Notes under the pieces: generated by a model
Databases searched by the model: none
Told to the model about the DNA's origin: nothing
What the model saw: the letters and a program-made list of their open reading frames with translations, nothing else
Assembly (NCBI GenBank): GCA_013152925.1
Contig: JAADFK010000101.1
Span: forward strand, 2,336 to 66,335
Origin: Acidobacteriota bacterium
GTDB taxonomy: Bacteria; Acidobacteriota; Thermoanaerobaculia; Thermoanaerobaculales; Sulfomarinibacteraceae
DNA: 64,000 nt
Direction: 5' to 3'
Position numbers and translations under genes: made by a program
In this document: in pieces, positions 1-8,803 of the stretch
Numbering within the stretch: the stretch's first letter is position 1
Layout: each line of letters starts with the position of its first letter

Positions 1-1613
1 TTCCGGTCGAGCTGCTCGATCTTCTGAAGCACCTCCCGGTCGAACTCTTCCGCCCACAGACTGACATCTTCAATATCCTTGTCGTTGACCGTATTCCATG
101 TCTTTTGGAGGAGGATCTCCACGAGCGCCTTGATCCGCGCATCGATCTCGGAGCGGATCTGATTCTCGTCACCCATGTGGCTCTTCAACCAGGCCACCGC
201 CTGTTCAATGCCTGTCCTCTTCTTGAAGCGATCAAACTTCTTGACAAAATCCGCCGGTAGCTCGTTGAGGACGTGGAGCGCCTGAGACGCCCGTTCGGCA
301 GCCAGCCCGATGGCTTCCTCGACCTCCGGATCATCCTTGATGATGAGCTCATCGATATCCAGGCCGCTAAGAGCCTCGAGCAGATCCAGCGCGAAGGCTG
401 CTTCGTCCGGCAGGAATTGATTCACCACATCCAGGGGCGACTTCAGTTGTGAGATCGTGGTGAGCACCTCTCTCAGGCGACGGCCACCATCATCATCCAA
501 CTCCACCCATGTCAAAAGATCAGACCACCAGCTTTGGATTCTCTCATCGAGCCCGTCGAAGATCTTGACGATCCTGTTACTGAGCTCCAGGAGGCATTGC
601 ACCTCCATGGAATCGGAGGACCATTCTCGCCAATGGGTCGTGCTGTCGATGAACCGTTCCAATGCCTCCCCGGCTCGATCGCCCAGCTCCTCTCTGACCT
701 TGCTCCAGTCACCTTGGCCAAGATCGTGGATAGCGTGCATGGCTCGGAGGATTTCCTGTGCCGGATCCTGGTCCAGGGCGTGTTCAAGGATTGAAATCAA
801 GCTTCTTTCCCCGAAGTCGTACGCCACATGCAGGGCCAGGCGTGCTCCAAGTGTCAGGGCGTCTTTCCGAGAGCGTTCCATCCGGAGCCGAACCCGATTC
901 GCGGCCACCCGGGAGATAGCAACGGTCATGTGATCGTAGAATGAGTAACCCAGGGAGGCATTGAGGCTGGCGTTCAGATGGGCGCTCACCTCCAGGGGAA
1001 AGCTATTGAAGGTCCTCATCACGCGATCAAGCTCAGTGGACCAACCGAGTGCAGCGTTGAGCCCCAGGTCCACCGAAAACGCGCCTTGGTACCGGTGACC
1101 TTCCCCCCTTTTGAGTTTCCTGGGTTCGATATCTTCGGGTAGAGCTGCCGTTCTGATCAAGGATCGAAGTGCCGATTTTCGGGTGGTGTCCTGTGAAACC
1201 GGCAGAACGTGTTTGTAATGGACCCCCGCCGTTCCCCGGAACGTTCCCTCTGCCGAGAGAACTGGCCATGGAGATGTCGTGGCACCAAGGGTCGCCTGCA
1301 AACCTGCGTCGAATTCCAGCTGCGCCAGGCTCTTGCCTTCACCGCATTTGGGCTCCTCCTCGGAGCCGAACAGCGTTGTTGGATCGTCCTTGGCTCGGGG
1401 AATCTCCACATGGAGCTTCAACGGTGCTTTCAGGCCAACCTGCATTCCGAAAAGCTGGAGAGGATCTTCCCCCGGTTCGGCAACCACGCCATCCTTCTCA
1501 AGAACCCATCTGGCCTCTCCCACCTTCTCATCCAGCTTCGTGTTCTGGACCGCCACCACCCTGAGGATTTTCGCCCCAAAAAGTGCCATTCGCCATCTTT
1601 TCTCTTTGTTCAT
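1..1613 (-). CDS. large hypothetical protein, N-terminal 537 codons only (3' end lies beyond the window start)
   Basis: Hand translation of the reverse strand from ATG at 1613-1611 (AAGGGAG-type RBS about 10 nt upstream) runs without a stop to position 3 (MNKEKRWRMALFGAKILRVV...EVLQKIEQLDR). It is missing from the ORF track only because no stop lies inside the window. The first ~270 aa look beta-rich (GLNAALGWSTE, LNASLNASLGYSFYD) and the rest is acidic and helical. No P-loop or other motif I recognise. Confidence 0.6.
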   Translation of the reverse strand, partial: MNKEKRWRMALFGAKILRVVAVQNTKLDEKVGEARWVLEKDGVVAEPGEDPLQLFGMQVGLKAPLKLHVEIPRAKDDPTTLFGSEEEPKCGEGKSLAQLEFDAGLQATLGATTSPWPVLSAEGTFRGTAGVHYKHVLPVSQDTTRKSALRSLIRTAALPEDIEPRKLKRGEGHRYQGAFSVDLGLNAALGWSTELDRVMRTFNSFPLEVSAHLNASLNASLGYSFYDHMTVAISRVAANRVRLRMERSRKDALTLGARLALHVAYDFGERSLISILEHALDQDPAQEILRAMHAIHDLGQGDWSKVREELGDRAGEALERFIDSTTHWREWSSDSMEVQCLLELSNRIVKIFDGLDERIQSWWSDLLTWVELDDDGGRRLREVLTTISQLKSPLDVVNQFLPDEAAFALDLLEALSGLDIDELIIKDDPEVEEAIGLAAERASQALHVLNELPADFVKKFDRFKKRTGIEQAVAWLKSHMGDENQIRSEIDARIKALVEILLQKTWNTVNDKDIEDVSLWAEEFDREVLQKIEQLDR

Positions 1614-1904
1614 TTCCACATCTCCCTTCGGTGCCGTCGGGTACTATCCTTGACGAGGCTTGACCTCGACAACGCTACGGACGCCGCCATAGAGCCCCGG
1701 TCATTCCGAAGGCTGCGTGAAGCTTCCACAACCTGGGGAGGCTCTTGAACCCCCACTGGGGATGTCGTTCCCCTGCCGCCACGCGGGCTGCGGCCCCGGG
1801 AAGGACCGCCCCGTCCCCAGCCATCCCCTGCACCGCCGTTCGGTCTCACGTCAACGCGACCACCGACACACGGGCCGGCGGGACCACGCCCCGCTTCCTC
1901 CCCT

Positions 1905-2918
1905 TCAGCTCGTGGCAACGTTCTCACTGTCTTCATTCGCGTCTTCTCTGTCCTTGCCTTCCCTGACTGCGTTGGCCTCGGTCTCTCCACGGCCCAGGCT
2001 TTCCGACCTCGTAACGGGGAAGAGCTGGCCGGCAGCTGCCAGCAGGCGCTCACCGAGCCCGAAGATCATCCGTTCACCGGTCTTGACGAACATGCCCAGC
2101 AGCAGGGCCAGGATCGGCAGGAAGGAGTAGTCCACCCCGTTGGCCTGCCCCATGTATTTCCAGAAGAGCCAGAAAAACACGAACGTGAACAACACCGCCT
2201 CACCCATGCGGAAAAACGTTCCTCCCCAGAACCGTAGCCCGTCGAATGCTTCGGCTCGGGGTCCATGCAGCTCATCGCGTTTCGTCCGCAACCTGTTGGT
2301 GACAAAGAAAAGGGCGCCCAGGAGTGACATCTCCGTGGACAGGAGCAGGATCAGGCCCACCTTGTCCCGTGGAGGGAGCTCGTTCTCCCGGCCGGTTGTC
2401 CTGCGCTGGCGTTCCCCGGCGCCGTTCGAAGCCGAGGCCTGCCGGAACGCTTCGCCCGAGGTCTCAATCCAGCCGTTGTGAACCAGACCGGACGCGGAGA
2501 TGGCGGTGGAAAGGGCTACCGTCAGAAGGGCAAAGCCGAGTCCCGTCAGGTACCGGCTGTAGAGAATCTCGTCCCGGTCACTTGCCTCGGCGCCATCCGT
2601 CCGGGATCGCGAGAGGTGCAACATGGTGACAGCGCCTGCAACGATGGCGAGGAGAGCCACGCCCATGCAGCCCCAGAGCACGGGCGTCGGCTTGGCTGAA
2701 TCCCCCCACGGCCAGAGCCACGAGCCCACCATGGCGGCGCCAACCGTACCCGTGCCCACGAGGGCCATGCCCGCTGCAAACCAGCGGCGATTCCGCACGT
2801 TCCATTCCCGCCCTGGCTCCCCCCGCGTCGGTGGCACCACCTCTCCAGCTCCGTTCTTCTCCTGCATGCCGGCCTCCTTGGCTTTCGCCCGGTCACGATG
2901 AAAGATGTCCGGCTCCAA
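1905..2918 (-). CDS. hypothetical multi-pass membrane protein
   Basis: 337-aa ORF with several long hydrophobic stretches (FAAGMALVGTGTVGAAMVGSWLW, GCMGVALLAIVAGAVTML, GLGFALLTVALSTAISA, VGLILLLSTEMSLLGALFFV, AVLFTFVFFWLFW, FLPILALLLGMFV) separated by charged loops. Same strand as, and upstream of, the 1-1613 gene. No family recognised. Confidence 0.6.
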   Translation of the reverse strand: MEPDIFHRDRAKAKEAGMQEKNGAGEVVPPTRGEPGREWNVRNRRWFAAGMALVGTGTVGAAMVGSWLWPWGDSAKPTPVLWGCMGVALLAIVAGAVTMLHLSRSRTDGAEASDRDEILYSRYLTGLGFALLTVALSTAISASGLVHNGWIETSGEAFRQASASNGAGERQRRTTGRENELPPRDKVGLILLLSTEMSLLGALFFVTNRLRTKRDELHGPRAEAFDGLRFWGGTFFRMGEAVLFTFVFFWLFWKYMGQANGVDYSFLPILALLLGMFVKTGERMIFGLGERLLAAAGQLFPVTRSESLGRGETEANAVREGKDREDANEDSENVATS

Positions 2919-3304
2919 CTGGAACCTCCCCGGTGACCGGCCGCCGGCATCCGGGCCCCCACAGAGGACCCTCGCCGCCCGGCGGCCCGATCGTGTTCGT
3001 CGTTGCGACGTGGCCCCAACTCCTGTCGCAAACTGTTACACTTCCGTATTGGACGGTTAAAACCTATCAAGAGGATCATGAGAAGTCAACCGGTGGGGGG
3101 TCGCCCACAATCCACCGCCAAGGGTGAGGCGGGGGGTGGATGGGGGATTGGACGCGGCCAGGGAACGGGGGCAGGGCAGAGTAGTTGGATGCGCGTTTAC
3201 TGTGAGTTGAGCCGCGAATAAAGCGGGAGAGTCGCATTCGCCAAGATGTGGGCCATGGCTCCGCCTGGTAACAGCCCTCAATCACACAAGCTCGCCGTCG
3301 CTGG

Positions 3305-3880
3305 TCAGCCGGGTGGCGGCATGGCAAGCTCCATGATCCGCTGCCTCATCCCAACGAGCACCGGGAGTGAGGGATGGTCTGCACTGATCCGCAGGATCAA
3401 CCGCCGGCCGTGCCGGACCACCCGGGCGACGATGTTCACGAGGTGAAACCGCAGGATCTTCATCCGAGCCACAGCCCGTTGCTGTGCACCCTCCACCTTC
3501 GCCAGGGCCTCCCGCTTCATCACCTCGTTGACGTTCAGCGCCAGAATCATCACCGCCCACCATGCCGCATTGGCCCCGAGCTTCCCGGATGGAAGCAGTC
3601 CTCCCGCCAGGTCCGTCTTCATGATGGCGTGGGTCTCCTCCGACTTCCCGAACCGCTCCCGGTACCAGTGGATGACCTCTTCCCCTGCCCACTCCAGGTT
3701 GGTCGCCACCGCCGTGATCTTGTACTAGACCCGACCCATCTCCATCACGGGGAATGGCAAAGCTAACTGCTCACCCATCTCCGGCAAGGTCTGCTGCACC
3801 AGTGGCTCGCGGATCACCAGAAACCGGTACTTCCCCTTCCTGCTACCACCAATGGCGTTCGGTACGAAACAGATATCCGC
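3305..3880 (-). pseudogene. IS1380-family DDE transposase, C-terminal fragment with an in-frame stop
   Basis: ORFs 3305-3709 and 3725-4075 read as one frame interrupted by a stop at about 3725: ...KYRFLVIREPLVQQTLPEMGEQLALPFPVMEMGRV*YKITAVATNLEWAGEEVIHWYRERFGKSEETHAIMKTDLAGGLLPSGKLGANAAWWAVMILALNV. This matches the conserved C-terminal block of IS1380-type transposases (YRxRGxxEnxIKElK...LPsxxfxANaawl). The N-terminal ~250 aa are absent. Confidence 0.6.
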
Positions 3881-4207
3881 CGATTCCTGCTCGGGACCAC
3901 GCCGAATCTTTCCCCCTCGCGACGACAACCTCTGCCAGTTCCCCTCCGGCCCCTCCCCCCTTCCCTGCCCCCCGGGGCCTCCGGGGGGTTGGCGGCGGGG
4001 GGATGCCCAACGCTCTCCCACCGACCATGGACCTCCTCCCCGGAGTGTCCAATCAAAACCAGCGGATGTGTCCAACTTATCACCGGTGGTGTGCCCGTAT
4101 CATCTCCACCTCCAGGTCAACAAGAACGGCAACCCAGCAAGGAAGTTGAGTGATACTGTGAACCCAGAAGATTGCGCGAAGGATTGCCCGTGATGTGGAG
4201 GATGACC

Positions 4208-5335
4208 ATGAAAAGCCTGTTCACATTCGCCTTGACGGTTATCACGTGCTGCGGAGTTTCAGTAGCTGCTGACGGCCCGTTGTCTCCAGTAGCGGCCAAC
4301 GCGGATTACCTCGTAGGCACACCCGGCGGGATGGTCGCGGTTTCCGGAGCAGCCGTGACACTCTTGTCTGACGCGAGTGCGAATGCCACTACGAGGGCAG
4401 TTCTGAGCCTGGCGGCTCCGGCTCGTATTGTTGGCAGAGAAGGATTTGCTGTGCTCCTCTATCCGTCCGAGAGGTCGGCGCCATTGTTTCCTGACCAAGA
4501 GTTGCCGAAGAATCCCGAGGGATGCGGGGGCTGGGACTACGGTGTCGCTCTGATTCACGAATCTTCGCTGGTTTTTCGCCGGCTGAAGACGGACAACTGT
4601 GAGGACTGGCTGACGAGCGACGGCAGGGCGCTTGTGCGGCACTTGCCGGTCGAGTCTGGAAAAGCGGTCGAACTTGATGATCTATTGTCCGGCAAGAACA
4701 TCGTACTCAAGAGCACGTTTGTCGACGACGAGGGCAAGCCCTTGGAGTCAGCCTTCGAGCAGAGACCCCAACTGGGGGCGGATGATACCGTGCTGTGGCC
4801 ATCGAACAACGTGTTAGCATTATACGATAAAGACGGCTCAACCAAGTGGGCAGTTGACAGTATCGAGGAGATGATTACTCACGTCGCGTTCTCGGCAGAT
4901 CGGGAATTGGTTCTCGTGTCGCGCTTGGATTGCTCGATTGAAGCTCGGCGAGTGAGTGACGGTGGCCTATTCTGGTTGGACGCCGGCAACGGCACCATCC
5001 TTGAAGCCCTTCGCGCTGCTGACATTGTGACCGAGGAGCAATACGAGAAACAACTGCGCGATCCTTCCGCTGCTCGCCTGTCCGACATCGTTGATGTCCA
5101 ACCGACCGCGGATGGGTGGTTGATATATGGTGTCATCGGTGCTGAACAAGCGTGGGTAGCACATGTGTTCTGCGATCAGCGCGTGTGTCGGGCCAACCTC
5201 GTGCGCCCGGATGTATTGCGCACGGAGGGAATCGTCACGTCAGTTGCCAGTGGCAATGGGGAGAAAGGTTTCGCGTTGGACACCGATCTCTCGCTGTTGC
5301 ACAGGCAGGGGAACGTTTGGGGGCGCGTGCGTTAA
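4208..5335 (+). CDS. hypothetical secreted protein (orphan)
   Basis: ORF 4172-5335. Preferred start is the ATG at 4208, preceded by GGAGG 7 nt upstream. It gives a Sec-type signal peptide MKSLFTFALTVITCCGVSVAADG. Lowest-GC gene in the window. No recognisable domain. Confidence 0.6.
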   Translation: MKSLFTFALTVITCCGVSVAADGPLSPVAANADYLVGTPGGMVAVSGAAVTLLSDASANATTRAVLSLAAPARIVGREGFAVLLYPSERSAPLFPDQELPKNPEGCGGWDYGVALIHESSLVFRRLKTDNCEDWLTSDGRALVRHLPVESGKAVELDDLLSGKNIVLKSTFVDDEGKPLESAFEQRPQLGADDTVLWPSNNVLALYDKDGSTKWAVDSIEEMITHVAFSADRELVLVSRLDCSIEARRVSDGGLFWLDAGNGTILEALRAADIVTEEQYEKQLRDPSAARLSDIVDVQPTADGWLIYGVIGAEQAWVAHVFCDQRVCRANLVRPDVLRTEGIVTSVASGNGEKGFALDTDLSLLHRQGNVWGRVR

Positions 5336-5355
5336 CGATCTGGCCCGCACCGATG

Positions 5356-5559
5356 TTACCCCGTTTTGGTGGACAGGTTAGCACTTGGGTGATGCGAAGG
5401 GGAGAAGTACCGTTTTTCGAATGTTGCAGGTGACAAATAGCCGAGTGCAGAGTGAAGACGGCGAGGGTTGTACCAGCCCTCGATGAAGGAGAAGATGGCG
5501 AGCCGGGCCTCGCGGTGGGACCGGTGAGTCTTACGGTCCAGGAGCTCGGTTTCCGATAG
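5356..5559 (-). mobile_element. IS3-family transposase (OrfB/integrase core), extreme C-terminal remnant
   Basis: Reverse-strand hand translation: LSETELLDRKTHRSHREARLAIFSFIEGWYNPRRLHSALGYLSPATFEKRY...STKTG*. The block AIFxxIEgwYNpRRxHSaLGYlSP is the hallmark end of rve-domain IS3 transposases. Nothing upstream of it is retained. Confidence 0.65.
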
Positions 5560-5592
5560 GCGGATAGGTGGATAGGTATCAGGTACATGTTC

Positions 5593-5998
5593 CTAGTGTT
5601 CTTGTTTCTGTCTCTTGCCGAGCTCCATGTCCGGCGCTTCGAGGCGGGTCGGGGTCAGGGCGGCTTTTGCGCGGCGGCGTACGCCTCGCAGGACCCATCC
5701 CGGCACGGTCACCGGGTGCTTGTGGAGCACCCGGCCGAGATCTTCCGCGCGGATACCGTACCGCTCGACACCGAGCGCCGCCAGAAGCTCCCGCGCCCAT
5801 GAGAGCTCGCTCCCCGTGCTCTGGCCGCCCGGCTCCCCGGCATCGCCCGCCACCGCCGATGCCACCCTGACGACCAATGCCTTGGCATCCAACTCCGCCC
5901 GGCCCCGCTCCCGCCGCCGAAGCGTCGCCCCCCGTGAACACCCGCTCCCCACGCGCAAGCAGGTTGTGCACGTGACACACCGCCCCATCAAAAAACAA
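5593..5998 (-). pseudogene. possible remnant of an IS200-like/REP-associated tyrosine transposase with a DnaA_C-type HTH tail (frameshifted, internally deleted)
   Basis: One frame starts MFFDGAVCHVHNLLARGERVF, which resembles the GxxYHVxxRGnxRxxiF N-terminus of Y1 transposase-like proteins. A second frame ends ...LGVERYGIRAEDLGRVLHKHPVTVPGWVLRG, which resembles their C-terminal HTH. Only about 400 bp remain of a gene normally near 0.9-1 kb. Confidence 0.35.
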
Positions 5999-6051
5999 CC
6001 TCCCAGCCCGTGGCGTACCCCTGTACCTCCGTCACGATCACCTCACTGCAT

Positions 6052-6996
6052 TCATGTTCCGGGCACCCCTTTTCTTGCAGCAGCTGCAGCAGCTTCCGGT
6101 CCGAGTCGACAGCGGGCGCGCAGGCGGTCTCGAAAGATGCGCACCTTGACGGGAAGGTACGCTCGTGAGGGGTAGACGAACCAGGCGGACTGGTCGAAAT
6201 CGTGCGCCGACGACTGATACTGGTCGAGCACGACGACGAGCGACCCCCGTTCAAGGTCGCGCTGCACCACCCATCTCGGCAACAGCGCAAGCCCCATTCC
6301 GGAGAGCGCGCACTGCCTGAGGGCGTTGGCGTTGGAGATGCGGACCCGGGCGCGGACACCCACCTCCACGACCGTGCCGTCGACCGAACGGAACCTCCAG
6401 CGCGAGGACCAGCCGGGAAGGGGAAAGACCAGAGCGTCGTGGCCGGCAACTTCTTCCGGGCTCGTGGGCGTTCCCATCCGTTCCAGATAGGTGGGGCTTG
6501 CGCAGACAACCGCGTCCAGGGAGCACAGACGGGTCGCGATGAGGCGAGAGTCGCTGAGGGGCCCAAGGCGCACGGCGGCGTCGAACCGTTCCGCCACCAG
6601 ATCGACCACGGCGTCGGACAGCATGAGCTCGATGTCCAGCCGAGGGAACTCCGATGCCAGCTCCGGAAGCAACGGCACGACAACTATCTGGCCGAATGTG
6701 ACAGGAGCGGTCACCCGCAGCGTCCCGGTCGGTGTGGTCACGACCTCGGCAGCGTCGTCGAGAGCCTTCTCGAGACCGTCGAGCAGGGGCTCCACCCTCT
6801 CCAGGTAGACCGCCCCCGCTTCAGTCAGTGTCAGTCGCCTGGTCGTTCGTTGCAGAAGCCGGAATCCGAGCTCCTCCTCCAGCCTGGCAACGGCCCGGGA
6901 GATCGTCGATGGATCCACGTTGCGAGCGCGGGCCACCGCCGAGAAGCTCCCCATTTTTGCAACTGAGACAAATATATGAAGATGTTTCGTCTCCAT
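6052..6996 (-). CDS. LysR-family transcriptional regulator
   Basis: METKHLHIFVSVAKMGSFSAVARARNVDPSTISRAVARLEEELGFRLLQRTTRRLTLTEAG is a canonical LysR HTH, followed by a substrate-binding domain. Start trimmed from track start 7266 to the ATG at 6996. Divergent from an SDR gene. Confidence 0.9.
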   Translation of the reverse strand: METKHLHIFVSVAKMGSFSAVARARNVDPSTISRAVARLEEELGFRLLQRTTRRLTLTEAGAVYLERVEPLLDGLEKALDDAAEVVTTPTGTLRVTAPVTFGQIVVVPLLPELASEFPRLDIELMLSDAVVDLVAERFDAAVRLGPLSDSRLIATRLCSLDAVVCASPTYLERMGTPTSPEEVAGHDALVFPLPGWSSRWRFRSVDGTVVEVGVRARVRISNANALRQCALSGMGLALLPRWVVQRDLERGSLVVVLDQYQSSAHDFDQSAWFVYPSRAYLPVKVRIFRDRLRARCRLGPEAAAAAARKGVPGT

Positions 6997-7313
6997 TTGT
7001 GCGAATTCTACATGATTGTTGTGCCCTTGGCCACCTCGACCGCACGGCCGCCGGGTAGTAGCTTGCACCAGGCGAGCACCTGCCCGGCGCGGGTCAGCCG
7101 CCGAAACCCGGCCCCTTCCCATGACGGGGGCTCCTTGAACGGAGACGCGAGCGTGACATTGAGCCCGAGCAGCGAGAGCAACCGCGGATGGAAGGGCACC
7201 GGCTCGCGGCGGCGTCGAGCGCCGCCGTGCGGCCGCGCCGCGGGCTCGCCGGTCATTTTCATCCACCGGGCCTCTCCGGGAGGCCCACGAAACCTCCTTG
7301 AAAGGAGAACGTC

Positions 7314-8039
7314 ATGAACATCCAGAGGTCAACCGCACTTGTCACCGGCGCGAACCGAGGTATCGGCCGCGCCATCGTCGGCGCGCTCCTTCACGAAGGG
7401 GCTGAGCGCGTGTATGCCACGGCGCGGCGGCTTGATGACCTTGAATCTGTCGTGGCGCTCGATCCCAGGCGTGTCCGTGCCCTGCAGCTTGACGTGACGA
7501 ATGCGGCGGAGATCGCGGCCGCGGCACGGTCCGCCACCGGTGTCAACCTGCTCGTCAACAACGCGGCGGTTCTCGACGCCGGCGGCCCCCTCGACGCTCC
7601 CACGGACATCTTTCGCCGGAACATGGAGACGAACTTCCACGGCATCCTGGAGGTAACCCGCGCCTTCGCTCCGGTCATCGAGGCGACGGGCGGCGGCGCG
7701 GTGGTCAACATCCTCAGCGTGGTGGCGCTCGCGAGCATGCCTGGGCTCGCCGCCTACAACGCCTCCAAGGCTGCGGCATGGTCGCTCACCCAGTCGTTGC
7801 GCGCTGACCTGGCGAAACGGCACGTGGAGGTCTTCGCCGTCTTTCCGGGCCCCGTGGACACCGACATGGCCCGCGGCTTCGACATGGCGAAGGCGGCGCC
7901 GTCGGACGTGGCAGCGGCGGTGGTTGCGGGGGTCTCGGCGGGAAGCGAGGATATCTTTCCCGATCCGATGTCGGAGCAGGTCTATTCCACGTGGAGGTCC
8001 GACCACAAGGCGGTGGAACGCCAGTTCGCGGGCATGTAA
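7314..8039 (+). CDS. SDR-family oxidoreductase
   Basis: TALVTGANRGIGRAI (TGxxxGIG), NNAA, and YNASKAA (YxxxK) motifs. 241 aa. Confidence 0.9.
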   Translation: MNIQRSTALVTGANRGIGRAIVGALLHEGAERVYATARRLDDLESVVALDPRRVRALQLDVTNAAEIAAAARSATGVNLLVNNAAVLDAGGPLDAPTDIFRRNMETNFHGILEVTRAFAPVIEATGGGAVVNILSVVALASMPGLAAYNASKAAAWSLTQSLRADLAKRHVEVFAVFPGPVDTDMARGFDMAKAAPSDVAAAVVAGVSAGSEDIFPDPMSEQVYSTWRSDHKAVERQFAGM

Positions 8040-8426
8040 GCGACGGGATCCACGTTGCCCGGTCGGGCTCGCCTGCCTGACGGTCCGGTCTGCGGTTACG
8101 GCTCGGAGGTTGCCGCTCCCGGGAAGCCGCCGGCGGCCGGGACCGCGACCTCGCCGGGTCCGGCGGTGAGGTCGTGCGGCCGCCGGTGGAAGGCGAGCGG
8201 CCGAAAGCCCAGCCGCGGATCGCTGGAAGGGCAGGTGGTGGTGTTCCACCCGGCGGCTCTGCTACCCTGGGCCGGTCGCCGCCCCTCGGCGCCGTGTCCG
8301 GAGAGTCTCCGGCCCGACGTTCCCGGGGATGGTGGGCGGCTTCGTCGTGGAGGCGAAAGCCGTGACGGAATCGCCGGACTGGCGGGTGCGCCCGGGTCTC
8401 CACCGCTCCCCCACCAGCAGACGGCC

Positions 8427-8606
8427 ATGACCTGGCAGGAGGATCGTTTGGCACGGAAACGAGGATCGTACAAGTTCGACAAGCGGCAGCGGGAGCTGGC
8501 GAAGCAGAAGAAGAAGAAGGAAAAGCTGGAGCGCCGCCAGAACAAGCAGGAAGAGCCGGAGCCCGTGCCGGGCGAGGCGCCCCCACTGGAGCCCACGGAG
8601 GACTGA
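8427..8606 (+). CDS. small charged hypothetical protein (59 aa)
   Basis: ATG at 8427 inside track ORF 8055-8606: MTWQEDRLARKRGSYKFDKRQRELAKQKKKKEKLERRQNKQEEPEPVPGEAPPLEPTED. It is the only non-junk reading in a 760-bp gap. Coding status is uncertain. Confidence 0.3.
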   Translation: MTWQEDRLARKRGSYKFDKRQRELAKQKKKKEKLERRQNKQEEPEPVPGEAPPLEPTED

Positions 8607-8803
8607 CGCGGGCCGCCGGATCGCACGGCCCCACGGCCGGACGGGCCACCACGATCCCGGATAATGGCCTGGGGTTCCACTTTCCCGGGGCCCAGACGTT
8701 TTTTCTTCGCACGATGCTCTGCAGCACGCCGAGCCGTACCCTTCACACGCCCGCCACTTCAGGACCCTGAATCTTCGGCGTCTTCCTGGTATGATGACGG
8801 GCT

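Noticed and set aside
6997-7266. 90-codon N-terminal extension of the LysR gene
   Set aside because: The LysR HTH begins right at METKHL (ATG 6996). The extension is Arg/Ala-rich and would overlap the divergent promoter region.
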